A stretch of 64,000 nucleotides of DNA from the NCBI GenBank assembly GCA_035504315.1, contig DATJSB010000280.1, positions 2,857 to 66,856 of the forward strand. Reading direction: 5' to 3'. A program made the position numbers and the translations under genes. The notes beneath the pieces were generated by a model. It saw nothing but the letters and a program-made list of their open reading frames with translations. It ran no database searches and was not told the DNA's origin. The stretch is from Terracidiphilus sp. GTDB lineage: Bacteria; Acidobacteriota; Terriglobia; Terriglobales; Acidobacteriaceae. This document shows positions 38,422 to 48,244 of this stretch, piece after piece (the first letter of the stretch is position 1; each line of letters opens with the position of its first letter).

Positions 38422-38532
38422 TAGACACACAGCGTGTGAGAGGGCAGCCAGACTTCAGATCCGGCGCCAGCGCGAAGTTGAAGCATTCCGGAATCCTGCC
38501 AGGGACGCGGCGGATCACAGATCTGAAGCAAG

Positions 38533-40233
38533 ATGATGCGAACTGCTTATCTCGCCGGTTTCGCCGTGCTCATTGCGTTGGGGACTTCTCCGCTGTGCGG
38601 AGCGGCCACAGTCTCAGTGTCGGGCATGGTGCGCGACTCAGCCGGTGTTCCGCAGATGGGCGCCGAAGTCGAGTTGCTGGCCGCAGACCTGAGCGTGGTG
38701 GCCAGCGTCTACACCAACGACAAAGGCAAGTTCAGCATTGATTCGGTAGTTCCCGGCAACTATGCAATCAAGGCGATGGGCGCGTATTTTCTGCCCTCCC
38801 TCCGCGAGAATCTCCGCATTCGTAAGGCCACCGTCGTCAACCTCACGCTGAACACGCTCTATGAAGCCATGCAGTGGCTTCCTGCCAAGCCGCGCACCGG
38901 CCACTCGCAGTCCGATGACTGGGCGTGGACCTTGAAATCTGCCGCCAATCGCCCGTTGCTGCGCTGGCTCGAGGATGGGCCGCTGGTGGTGGTTTCAGAA
39001 GGGGCGGGAAACTCTCCAAAGCTGAAGGCTCGGCTGATGGCCACCGGCCAGGCGGGAACCTTCGGCGAGAGCGGCGAGCGCTTTTCAAATACCGTGGAAC
39101 TGACTCCGGCCAACAGCCGCGAGCTGCTGGCGCGGGTTGATTTTGCTCCCGATACCGACGCGGGCATGGAATCGATGCTCGGCTTCCGCCAGGAGCTTGG
39201 CTTTGCCGGATCGGTTCAGTCGGTTGCCGCCATTGCCATCCATCCCGATGAGTTCGACGGGATGGGCGACGAGGGCGTGGATGAGGCGGCGATCAATTCA
39301 TCTGAGACCATGCATCTCGGCGATGAGTTTGAGCTGGAAGCGGGATCCGCCGAGGTGGCGGGTCACATCGCGGGCGATCGGCCTGCCGGTGTTACAGCGA
39401 CTTTGCCTTATGCCTCGTTGGAATGGCGGGACGGCTCGAGCGCCATCCAATACCGCATGGCCACCCTGGTCCCCAATCCTGAAACGAACGACCAGACCGA
39501 AGCTCAAGCATGGCTTCCCGCGGCCGCCATGCGGAATGGCGAGCTGGTTCTGGAGCGCGGAATGCATCAGGAGATCGGATTCGAGCGGCAGACCGATACT
39601 TCGGGCGTGGCCGTAACGGTGTACGCAGACAATATCGAGAATCCGATTCTTGAAGCCATGAGCCGCACGGCTGGCGGCAACCCAAGCGTTGTCGACGCAC
39701 CTTCCGCTGCGCTCATTGACCCCGAGAGCAGCATGATCCAGGCCGCAGGCCCAGGATTCTCCGCTGCCGGTGTGAGCGCAAGTTACGAGCGCGAAATTGC
39801 GGGCGGCAACCGTATCGCGGTCAGCTATTCGAGCGGCAGCGCGCTGGTGATGCCGGCGCTGCCCAATCCGGCTGGCATCCAGCAAATGGTGGCCGGTACT
39901 CGTGCGCACCGGTCTCAGGCCTACACCCTTTCGTTCTCGGGAACGCTCGACGGCACCCACACCCGATGGCGCGCAAGCTATCGCTGGCAGCCCGAGGACA
40001 CGGTCACGGCAGTCGCTCCTTTCGCCGTCAATGCTTCAGACCCCTATCTCAATCTTCATCTCCGCCAGCCTATCCACCTTTGCCGCGATGGCTCGGGCGG
40101 AATCGAGGCCCTGCTCGACGTGAGAAACCTGCTGGCTCAGGGCTATCGGCCCTACGTCCTCAGCGACGGCTCGCTGCTGATCTTCACGCAAGGGCAGCGC
40201 GCGATTCGCGGCGGTTTGGCCTTCACTTTCTAG
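38533..40233 (+). CDS. Carboxypeptidase-regulatory-like domain protein with probable outer-membrane barrel
   Basis: Signal peptide; VSGMVRDSAGVPQMGAEV...TNDKGKFSI...PGNY; C-terminal LDVRNLL...RGGLAFTF beta-signal. Confidence 0.75.
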   Translation: MMRTAYLAGFAVLIALGTSPLCGAATVSVSGMVRDSAGVPQMGAEVELLAADLSVVASVYTNDKGKFSIDSVVPGNYAIKAMGAYFLPSLRENLRIRKATVVNLTLNTLYEAMQWLPAKPRTGHSQSDDWAWTLKSAANRPLLRWLEDGPLVVVSEGAGNSPKLKARLMATGQAGTFGESGERFSNTVELTPANSRELLARVDFAPDTDAGMESMLGFRQELGFAGSVQSVAAIAIHPDEFDGMGDEGVDEAAINSSETMHLGDEFELEAGSAEVAGHIAGDRPAGVTATLPYASLEWRDGSSAIQYRMATLVPNPETNDQTEAQAWLPAAAMRNGELVLERGMHQEIGFERQTDTSGVAVTVYADNIENPILEAMSRTAGGNPSVVDAPSAALIDPESSMIQAAGPGFSAAGVSASYEREIAGGNRIAVSYSSGSALVMPALPNPAGIQQMVAGTRAHRSQAYTLSFSGTLDGTHTRWRASYRWQPEDTVTAVAPFAVNASDPYLNLHLRQPIHLCRDGSGGIEALLDVRNLLAQGYRPYVLSDGSLLIFTQGQRAIRGGLAFTF

Positions 40234-40248
40234 CTTCCACAAAAGCAA

Positions 40249-40293
40249 TTTCACCCTGAGCGACCGAACCCGGTGAGGGAGTCGCGGGATTTG
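40249..40293. repeat. Degenerate palindromic extragenic repeat (GTCAYCCTGAGCGA type)
   Basis: TTTCACCCTGAGCGACCGAACCCGGTGAGGGAGTCGCGGGAT; shares CCTGAGCGA with the element inside priA. Confidence 0.45.
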
Positions 40294-40382
40294 TATGTGC
40301 CTTTTGCGCGGCAAAACTTCCCCATGCACACCTGCTTTCGTAGAGTGCGCACTCCGCGTTACGGCGCGTATCATTTCTCGTG

Positions 40383-41258
40383 ATGAGTGAAGAAACCGAT
40401 TCGACCACCCCAAAACTGAGCCGCCGCGAGGCACTCGCGTCGGGACTGGCTCTGGCAGCCCTGGCTCCGCTGGCAGCCGCGCAGACCCCGGTTGCGCGCA
40501 AGGGCAACATCCACCAATCTGTCTGCCGCTGGTGTTACAAAGACATCGCGCTCGACCAGCTTTCCGCCTACGCGGCGAGCATCGGTCTCAAAGGCGTCGA
40601 TTTGCTCGAGCCGGATGAGTACGAGGTTCCGCGGCGCTACGGCCTCATCTGCACCATGGCCTACGCTGGCGGCGGCGACATTGCCAGCGCACTCAACCGC
40701 ACTGAGAATCACGCAGCGATTGAAGCGGCCTTCCGCACCAACATCCCGCTGGCTCAAAAGGCGGGCGTTCCCAACGTGATCACCTTCAGCGGGAATCGCC
40801 GCGGCATGAGCGACGACGAAGGCGCGCGCAACACCATTGCCGGACTGAACCGCGTGAAAAAGATCGCCGAAGACAACGGCGTAAACATCTGCATGGAACT
40901 GCTGAACAGCAAGGTGAACCATCCCGACTACATGTGCGACCACACCGCGTGGGGCGTGCGCGTCGTGGAAGAAGTGAATTCGCCCAACGTGAAGCTGCTC
41001 TACGACATCTACCACATGCAGATCATGGAGGGCGATCTGATCGCCACCATTCGCGCGAATCTCCAGTGGATCGGACATTTCCACACCGGGGGCGTGCCCG
41101 GCCGTCATGAACTCGACGACACGCAGGAAGTACAATGGGATGGGGTGATGCGGGCGATAGCTGCGGCGCAGTTCAAAGGCTACGTTGCTCACGAGTTCAT
41201 ACCTACCCGCGACCCGTTCGCCAGCCTTCGTGCCGCCGCCGATTTGTGCGATGTGTAA
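40383..41258 (+). CDS. Hydroxypyruvate-isomerase-like TIM-barrel protein with Tat signal
   Basis: SRREAL twin-arginine motif; MELLNSKV, LLYDIYHMQIMEG, GHFHTGGVPGRHE. Confidence 0.88.
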   Translation: MSEETDSTTPKLSRREALASGLALAALAPLAAAQTPVARKGNIHQSVCRWCYKDIALDQLSAYAASIGLKGVDLLEPDEYEVPRRYGLICTMAYAGGGDIASALNRTENHAAIEAAFRTNIPLAQKAGVPNVITFSGNRRGMSDDEGARNTIAGLNRVKKIAEDNGVNICMELLNSKVNHPDYMCDHTAWGVRVVEEVNSPNVKLLYDIYHMQIMEGDLIATIRANLQWIGHFHTGGVPGRHELDDTQEVQWDGVMRAIAAAQFKGYVAHEFIPTRDPFASLRAAADLCDV

Positions 41259-41307
41259 CCCTGTTTCTGCGATGTGCAGTTCTGTTTCTATGTTTGCCTG
41301 GTGAATC

Positions 41308-42348
41308 ATGAGGGCCCTGCTACTTTCTGAGTACAACCGTCTTGAGATCGTCGACCTGCCCGCGCCTGCCGCCGGACCTGAGGAGATACTGGTTCGCGTT
41401 GAAGCCTGCGGCATCTGCGGCAGCGATGTGCATGGGATGGACGGCTCGACCGGCCGCCGCATTCCACCCATCGTGATGGGGCACGAAGCCGCCGGCACCG
41501 TAGTTGCTGTCGGCCCGGGCGTTGACGACATTGCCGTCGGCGACCGCGTCACCTTCGACTCCACCATCTCCTGCGGGAAATGCGACTACTGCCTGCGCGG
41601 TGAAATCAATCTCTGCGACAAGCGGGAAGTTATTGGCGTCTCCTGCGGCGATTACCGCCGTCATGGCGCCTTTGCCGAATATCTCTCGGTGCCCCGCCGC
41701 ATCGTCTACCCGCTCCCCGCCGAGCTGGGCTTTGCCGAGGCGGCGATGCTCGAGGCAATCTCGGTGGCCATGCATGCGGTTCGCGTCTCAGGCGCTGCCG
41801 CGGACGAAACCGCGCTGGTGGTTGGAGCGGGCATGATCGGTCTGCTCACTCTGCAGGCCGCGCACGCGGCGGGATGCAAGCGGGTCTATATCTCCGACCT
41901 CGACCCCACACGACTTGCCCTGGCCGTGAAACTCGGCGCAGACCACGCGCTGCCGTTCTCGGGAAGGCAGCTCGCGCATCGCATTGCCGAGCTCACTGCC
42001 GGACGCGGCGCCGATCATGTCTTCGAAGCCGTTGGCAACAACGAGACAGTTTCCACCGCCATCAGCTGCGTGCGCAAGGGAGGCACCGTCACGCTGATCG
42101 GCAATGTGGCGCCGGAGGTCACCCTGCCGTTGCAGAGCGTGGTCTCACGCCAGATACGGCTGCAAGGATCGTGCGCCTCGTCGGGCGAGTATCCGCAGGC
42201 CATTGAGATGGTGGCCTCAGGCAAGATCAAAGTCAAGCCTCTCATCACTGCCGTTGCCCCGCTCGACCAAGGTCCACAATGGTTCGAGCGCCTGCACGCC
42301 CGCGAGCCGCACCTGATGAAGATTGTTCTGACGCCGGGAAATCCATGA
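41308..42348 (+). CDS. Zinc-dependent polyol/sugar dehydrogenase (MDR family)
   Basis: GICGSD, GHE, CGKCDYC...C, GAGMIG. Confidence 0.9.
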   Translation: MRALLLSEYNRLEIVDLPAPAAGPEEILVRVEACGICGSDVHGMDGSTGRRIPPIVMGHEAAGTVVAVGPGVDDIAVGDRVTFDSTISCGKCDYCLRGEINLCDKREVIGVSCGDYRRHGAFAEYLSVPRRIVYPLPAELGFAEAAMLEAISVAMHAVRVSGAAADETALVVGAGMIGLLTLQAAHAAGCKRVYISDLDPTRLALAVKLGADHALPFSGRQLAHRIAELTAGRGADHVFEAVGNNETVSTAISCVRKGGTVTLIGNVAPEVTLPLQSVVSRQIRLQGSCASSGEYPQAIEMVASGKIKVKPLITAVAPLDQGPQWFERLHAREPHLMKIVLTPGNP

Positions 42349-43199
42349 CCTCATCAGCCACGACCTTATCGGGGACCGATTCGATCTTCGACCTCAGCGG
42401 GCAGGTTGCCATTGTGACTGGAACCAGCCGCGGGCTTGGCCAGTATCTTGCCCGCGCTCTTGCCAAGGCCGGCGCAGACCTGGTTCTCACCAGCCGCGAC
42501 AGCGCGACGCTGAGGCCGTTTGAAGAAGAGATCGGGGCCATGGGCCGCCGCGCGGTATCGCTCGCGCTCGACGTGCGCAATCAGCAAAGCATCGAGCGCA
42601 TGGCCGCCGAGGCCGAAGCCGCCTTTGGCCAGATTCACATCCTCGTGAACAATGCGGGCTGCAATATCCGCAAGCCCGCGCTCGAGGTCACGTGGGACGA
42701 CTGGAACACCATTCTCGACACCAACCTGCGCGGCTCGTTTTTTGTGGCGCAGGCTGTGGGGCGCGGCATGGTGGCCAAAGGCTACGGCCGCATCATCAAC
42801 ATCGGTTCGGTCACCAGTGTCGCCGGCTATCCCGGCCTGGCCCCGTATGGCGCCAGCCGCGGAGGCATCCGCCAGCTCACCATGAGCCTCGCCGCCGATT
42901 GGGGAAATTACGGCGTCACCGTGAACTGCCTGGCGCCAGGATGGTTCAGGACCGAGCAAAACAAGATTCTCTATGAAGATCCCGGCTGGCTCGAGTACCT
43001 GGTCGAGCGCATTCCCTTGAATCGCCCCGGCCAGCCGCACGATCTCGATGGTGCGGTCGTTTTTCTCGCCTCCGAGGCCAGCCGCTACGTGACCGGGCAA
43101 CTCCTGCTTGTGGATGGCGGCATCTCGACCGGGTCGACGCGGGCTACGATTGCGAATAAGGCAGGGAACAAGGGAACGAGTGAACGAGTGAATGAGTGA
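42345..43199 (+). CDS. SDR oxidoreductase (KduD/gluconate 5-dehydrogenase-like)
   Basis: TGTSRGLG, NNAG, YGASR, NCLAPGWFRT; ATGA overlap with the upstream gene. Confidence 0.88.
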   Translation: MTSSATTLSGTDSIFDLSGQVAIVTGTSRGLGQYLARALAKAGADLVLTSRDSATLRPFEEEIGAMGRRAVSLALDVRNQQSIERMAAEAEAAFGQIHILVNNAGCNIRKPALEVTWDDWNTILDTNLRGSFFVAQAVGRGMVAKGYGRIINIGSVTSVAGYPGLAPYGASRGGIRQLTMSLAADWGNYGVTVNCLAPGWFRTEQNKILYEDPGWLEYLVERIPLNRPGQPHDLDGAVVFLASEASRYVTGQLLLVDGGISTGSTRATIANKAGNKGTSERVNE

Positions 43200-43277
43200 A
43201 TAAGGGAATGAGGCGTGACCTTGGCGGCGTAGGGAATTTGGTTGACACTCGCATCGGACACCGACTTCAGGATCGAC

Positions 43278-43316
43278 AAAAAACAGAGCGGCCGCGCCTC
43301 AAAAAAGCGCGGCCGC
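43278..43316 (-). terminator. Probable intrinsic terminator after the second S53 gene
   Basis: GCGGCCGCGC-N9-GCGCGGCCGC stem, with a T-run shortly downstream on the minus strand. Confidence 0.6.
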
Positions 43317-43333
43317 AAATTTTACGCGCGAAT

Positions 43334-46300
43334 CTATTCGACGATCAGCGTGATCGTGCTGATGGGCACGTTTGACTGCGCGCCCGAAGCGCCAGTCACG
43401 GCAATTGTGTAGTTGCCGGTTGTGGTTCCGGAGTTGCCGCCGCCGCCACCGCCGCCACCGCTATTTCCGCCGCCGCAGGCCGTGAGTCCTGCCGCTGCAA
43501 ACAGCACCAGGAGCCCGGCCATGGCGAGCCAGTTACGCCGCCGCCGCGGGGTGATGAAGAACAGCACCAGCGCCAGCGCCGTTCCCCCCGTAGTGGGCCA
43601 GAAGATCTTCTTGATCCGGTTCTCTGCGCTCGAATTGGCCGTGGTGGTCACGGTCAGAACCGAAGTCTGCGCCGTTGCGCCGCTGAGGGTTACCGAGCCG
43701 GGACTCAGGCTGCACGTGGGAAGATCGCTGGCGCCATTGGGCGATGCAGTGAGGGCGCACGACAGAGCCACCGTCCCGCTGAACCCGTAGGTTCCCACCA
43801 CGCTGATGGTTTCGGTGTTCCCGGTGGTTTGGCCTGGAGTTACCGACAAGGTCGCGCTGCCGGTGCCGGGGCTGGCCTCGAAGCTGGGTTCATTGGTAAC
43901 CGTGAGCGCAACTTTGGTGGTCTCGATAAGCGACCCCGATGTTCCCGTCACTGTTACCGTACTGGAACCAGTTGTTGCCGAGGTCGTGGCCGTGAGCGTC
44001 AGCACTTCAGTGTCAGGTTCCGTTCCAGCCGCGAAACTCGACGAGACTCCGGAAGGCAAGCCGGATGCGGTGAACGCAACCGCTCCCGTAAACCCGCCAG
44101 CGGCAGCGATGGTGATCGTGCTCGTTCCCGTGCCGCCCTGGGCGACCGACACGCTGGTTGGCGAGGCGGAGAGGGTAAAGCTGCCCGTGGTTATCGTCGT
44201 AATGGTCAGGCTCACAGTTGCGTTTTCCGTAAGCGACCCCGATGTTCCCGTGATGGTGATGGTGACCGGGCTGGCGGTGACTGCAGCCGAGTCCGTGGCC
44301 GTGAGCGTCAGCACTTCAGTATCTGCAGCGGTTCCGGTCGCGAAACTCGACGTGACTCCGGAGGGCAAGCCGGATGTGGTGAACTCGACCGCTCCCGTAA
44401 ACCCGCCAGTGGGAGCGATGGTGATCGTGCTCGTTCCCGTGCCGCCCTGGGCGACCGTCACGCTGGCTGGCGAGGCGGAGATGGTAAAGCTTCCCGTGGT
44501 TGTAGATGTAAAGTCTTGGAGAAACAAGTTCACGTCGAGCGAACCCCACCCGGTGGCCTCGTCGTACCCGGTCTGCACCTTGTAGCCGGCCTCAGCGCCC
44601 GTGGTAAGGCTGGTGGGGCCGGGGATGCTGTTGTTGCACATGCTGGGGGTATCCACGCTGCAGGAAGTTACACCGCTCGTGGCTACCGTCACATCGTGAA
44701 ACGCAGCAGGATCGGACCCCGCCAGCGAATAGATTTTGGGCGTAATGTTGCCCTGCGCTGATCCCGTCTTCTGGTCGACGAGCGCGGCGATACCTGCCAT
44801 ATCAGGCGCTGCGGCAGATGTGCCTGCCCACTCGACGAAATACCCGTTAGCGCAGTCTCCGCCGCCTGAAACAAGGCACCCGAAATAGCCGTCGTGCTCC
44901 GAGGCCGAAAAGGAAATATCGGGTGTGTAGCGACCGGCTTTGGCCGAAGGCACACCGGTGCCGGTTTGCCACGTGGGGGTCGCGACGAACGAACTTACGC
45001 CTCCTCCGGTTCCCGCTACCTGGAATCCTGACGATGCGTCTCCGGGCTCGTTCCACGCGCCTTCGGGAATGTAGCTCTTTGCCGATTCATAGCCGGCGCC
45101 GTTCATAGTGTTCCAATAAGTTGAGTAGTCACTCGCATCGTTGAACTCTGTTCCGCCCATGCACGTTTCGTAGGGAGGCGAGCAGATGTAATTTGGGCTG
45201 ATGGCAGCGGGGCTGGTGGGAGGCGCGGCGAAGCTGGTGTCGCAACCGGCTGCGCCGCTGTCGCCCGAGGAGATAAAGATGGAGTAACCCGCAGCGGCCG
45301 CGGTCTCAAAAAGCGTACTCCAATCGGCCACGCCCGAAGGGCCGGCCTCGGATTCGCAGGCCCCGAAGCTGATGCTCATGATCTGGGCGGGAGCGGGGGT
45401 CGTTTCAGCCAGGTACTCAGCATCTGTCCAAATGCCCTCGCTGGGGCCTGACTGTTCGTCTTCGGCGATGATCAGATCCACCGTTGCCCCCGGGGCGATA
45501 GTGCCGGCGCGGGTCACGTCAAGCGTAGCCTCGCTCTGCACGTCCAACTGCTCGGTGACTGCGCTGCTGCACGTGGGCGGATTTGCGGCCGCGCAACTTG
45601 GCTCTGAATCATAAGCCGGCCCCGGGTCGACTGCATCGAATGGCGCTGCGGTGGGAACGATTTCCGTAGGATTATTGAGCGATGTGCCCAGAAAGTTATT
45701 GAGTGCTTCAAAATCGCCAAAGTCGGTGTGCGATTCGGAGACGATGCCGATGGTCACACCCTTACCCGTATAGGTGGACGGAACGTCGTAGATGGTGGCA
45801 AAATCAGCCGGCGTAATGAAGTAGTAATACACGCCGTCGTTCAGTATCGTCATGTCCGGTCTGTCTGAAAACTCCGCATGCGTGTGATTCTGGGGCCGGT
45901 CCCGAATGGTGAAGAGCCCGCGCACTGCCTGAATCACCGGCGCCAGTGCCCATGGGATCCGGGGATCCGATGCAACCGAAATGCGTTCCTCGCCATGCAC
46001 CTTATATGCGTGCATCTCAGTGCCGAAGGCGCGGCCAACATTGGCTGCGCTGCCGCCAAAGGCTATCAGGACCTTGTCGGGTGTAACGAACCTCACATGC
46101 AGGCCCTGGCCGGTGAGCCAACTGGTAATGGCGGCAATGTCGTGATCGGTGAGACCGAATTGCCGGCCAATCTCCGGCGCCGTCAACCAGTGGTGATATT
46201 CGGGCGAGTTCGGGTCCTGCTGATCCTCAACGAGCTGGTCAAAGGCACTCTGCTGCTCCGGCGACCGCGCCAGCACCAGGGTCAGATTATCGATGGTCTG

Positions 46301-46543
46301 GTTCGGGTCGAGCGGACCCAGGTCGTTGGCCGGCGACGCCCACAAGGGGTGATGGTTGGCCAACACAGCCGTCGGCGTGGGATCGAAGCCCTGCGCAATG
46401 CGGTCGGCGTTCTGGGCCTGCGCTGCGGCGGCAAAGGCGCACAGGGCCAGCATCAGAAATGCGGCAAACGGTCCTGGCACGGTCCTTTTGCGGTTGCGGC
46501 GTGAGATCGATAACGCTGAGAGGACGACGTCAGGCAGAGCCAT
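43334..46543 (-). CDS. S53 peptidase with prodomain, Ig-like repeats and C-terminal TM-hairpin/lipobox tail
   Basis: Signal peptide; SPEYHHWLT prodomain; EATLD, SSGDSG, AGTSAAAP; GYDEATGWGS; tail ...RRRRNWLAMAGLLVLFAAAGLTAC-GGG. Confidence 0.92.
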   Translation of the reverse strand: MALPDVVLSALSISRRNRKRTVPGPFAAFLMLALCAFAAAAQAQNADRIAQGFDPTPTAVLANHHPLWASPANDLGPLDPNQTIDNLTLVLARSPEQQSAFDQLVEDQQDPNSPEYHHWLTAPEIGRQFGLTDHDIAAITSWLTGQGLHVRFVTPDKVLIAFGGSAANVGRAFGTEMHAYKVHGEERISVASDPRIPWALAPVIQAVRGLFTIRDRPQNHTHAEFSDRPDMTILNDGVYYYFITPADFATIYDVPSTYTGKGVTIGIVSESHTDFGDFEALNNFLGTSLNNPTEIVPTAAPFDAVDPGPAYDSEPSCAAANPPTCSSAVTEQLDVQSEATLDVTRAGTIAPGATVDLIIAEDEQSGPSEGIWTDAEYLAETTPAPAQIMSISFGACESEAGPSGVADWSTLFETAAAAGYSIFISSGDSGAAGCDTSFAAPPTSPAAISPNYICSPPYETCMGGTEFNDASDYSTYWNTMNGAGYESAKSYIPEGAWNEPGDASSGFQVAGTGGGVSSFVATPTWQTGTGVPSAKAGRYTPDISFSASEHDGYFGCLVSGGGDCANGYFVEWAGTSAAAPDMAGIAALVDQKTGSAQGNITPKIYSLAGSDPAAFHDVTVATSGVTSCSVDTPSMCNNSIPGPTSLTTGAEAGYKVQTGYDEATGWGSLDVNLFLQDFTSTTTGSFTISASPASVTVAQGGTGTSTITIAPTGGFTGAVEFTTSGLPSGVTSSFATGTAADTEVLTLTATDSAAVTASPVTITITGTSGSLTENATVSLTITTITTGSFTLSASPTSVSVAQGGTGTSTITIAAAGGFTGAVAFTASGLPSGVSSSFAAGTEPDTEVLTLTATTSATTGSSTVTVTGTSGSLIETTKVALTVTNEPSFEASPGTGSATLSVTPGQTTGNTETISVVGTYGFSGTVALSCALTASPNGASDLPTCSLSPGSVTLSGATAQTSVLTVTTTANSSAENRIKKIFWPTTGGTALALVLFFITPRRRRNWLAMAGLLVLFAAAGLTACGGGNSGGGGGGGGNSGTTTGNYTIAVTGASGAQSNVPISTITLIVE
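43900..44500 (-). repeat. Intragenic tandem duplication of about 300 bp (two Ig-like repeats)
   Basis: Shared blocks AAGCGACCCCGATGTTCCCGT, GTGGCCGTGAGCGTCAGCACTTCAGT and GCGATGGTGATCGTGCTCGTTCCCGTGCCGCCCTGGGCGACCG recur about 303-309 bp apart. Confidence 0.9.
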
Positions 46544-46978
46544 CGCGATTTACTCCTTGCGGAAGGGGGAACATTGATTCCATTATGAGGTAATAGGTGG
46601 CTCCCCTAGGTTTACGGTGTGCGCCGGGGAATAAGGAAATGATCAGGAACTGATCGACCGGGCAAAAATCCAGAGGCCAGTACTCAAAACAGATAGACAG
46701 TCCGGCTGCTCTTTGAACATTGAATATTGCGTGGCGCCAGACCCTGATAATTATGCTGAAAGCCGAGACTAAGCGATTCAGGTGCGATTTGCAAGGCAAA
46801 ATCTATTGAATCCCGGGTTGAGAAACGTCTACCCGGAGCGGCCTGAAGCCCCGGATGAATCACTGCGCCGAATCAGGTTAGTATGAGGGAGAATTTCAAC
46901 AGGCAGGTTGCCGGTTTCGAATCGGCTCCATCCCCACTTCTCAGAGTCGCGAAAACCGGTTATCCCGGAGGTAGAGCA

Positions 46979-48160
46979 ATGAGCAGCGTACGAGTACTGG
47001 TGGGCACTCACAAGGGTGCTTTCGTCCTTTCTTCCGATGCCGCGCGGAGGAATTGGCACGTGAGCGGACCCTTCTTCGCCGGCTGGGAGATCTACCACAT
47101 GAAGGGCTCGCCGGCCGACCCCGACCGCATCTACGTCTCACAAACCAGCGGCTGGTTTGGCCAGCTCATCCAGCGGTCCGACGATGGCGGCAAGACCTGG
47201 CACCAGCCGGGTTTGCCCAATGAGGCGATTCCGAAGCCGGGCCCGCCCACGGCCCTGCCCAACCGGTTTGTCTACGACGTTTCGCCTGAATCGGGAAAGC
47301 CGCTCACCACGCACCAGTGGTACGACGGCACGCAGCATCCCTGGGAGTTTAAGCGGGTCTGGCACATTGAGCCTTCGTTGACCGATCCCGGCACGGTGTA
47401 CGCGGGAGTGGAAGATGCGGCGCTCTTCCGCTCTACCGACGGCGGTGAAACCTGGCACGAACTTGCCGGCCTGCGCGGCCATGGCACCGGAGCCAGTTGG
47501 ACGCCCGGCGCGGGCGGCATGGGCCTGCATACCATCATCCTCGATCCCTCCGATCCCAACCGTATGTACATCGCGATTTCGGCGGCAGGGGCCTTCCGCA
47601 CCAACGATGGCGGAGCCACCTGGAAGCCGATCAACAAGGGACTGGTTTCAGCTTTCATGCCCGACCCATCCGCCGAGGTAGGTCACTGCGTGCACCACGT
47701 CACCATGCACCGCTCCAGGCCCGATGTGCTCTATATGCAAAAGCACTGGGACGTGATGCGTTCAGACGACGCAGGCGAAAGCTGGCACGAAGTGAGCGGC
47801 AATCTGCCCACCGACTTCGGATTTGCGATCGATGTGCACGCGCACGAGCCCGAGACGGTCTACGTGGTGCCCATCAAGAGCGACTCTGAGCATTTCCCTA
47901 TCGATGGAAAATTGCGCGTCTATCGCAGCCGGAGCGGCGGCAATGAATGGGAGCAGCTCTCGAAGGGCCTGCCGGAAAAGGACTGCTATGTGAACGTGCT
48001 GCGTGACGCCATGGCCGTGGATACGCTCGACGATTGCGGCATCTACTTTGGCACCACCGGGGGGCAGGTGTACGCCTCATCCGATGGCGGCGATAGCTGG
48101 GCGCCCATTGTCCACGATCTGCCGGCAGTACTGTCGGTCGAGGTGCAAACGCTCGAGTAG
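46979..48160 (+). CDS. BNR/Asp-box beta-propeller protein without signal peptide
   Basis: Six Asp-box-like motifs ([48 protein letters not shown]); start [13 protein letters not shown] after GGAGG. Confidence 0.88.
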   Translation: MSSVRVLVGTHKGAFVLSSDAARRNWHVSGPFFAGWEIYHMKGSPADPDRIYVSQTSGWFGQLIQRSDDGGKTWHQPGLPNEAIPKPGPPTALPNRFVYDVSPESGKPLTTHQWYDGTQHPWEFKRVWHIEPSLTDPGTVYAGVEDAALFRSTDGGETWHELAGLRGHGTGASWTPGAGGMGLHTIILDPSDPNRMYIAISAAGAFRTNDGGATWKPINKGLVSAFMPDPSAEVGHCVHHVTMHRSRPDVLYMQKHWDVMRSDDAGESWHEVSGNLPTDFGFAIDVHAHEPETVYVVPIKSDSEHFPIDGKLRVYRSRSGGNEWEQLSKGLPEKDCYVNVLRDAMAVDTLDDCGIYFGTTGGQVYASSDGGDSWAPIVHDLPAVLSVEVQTLE

Positions 48161-48244
48161 GGAACAGAAATCAGGGAACTGAAATCAGGGAAAAGCGCGC
48201 GTGAGTCGTTGCTGCAATTGCGATGCGAAGGGAGCAGTGCAGTA

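Noticed and set aside
40240-40340. Possible SRP RNA or other ncRNA after the barrel gene
   Set aside because: Lacks the SRP CAGG...GGAA...AGCAG core; fits a degenerate palindromic repeat better.
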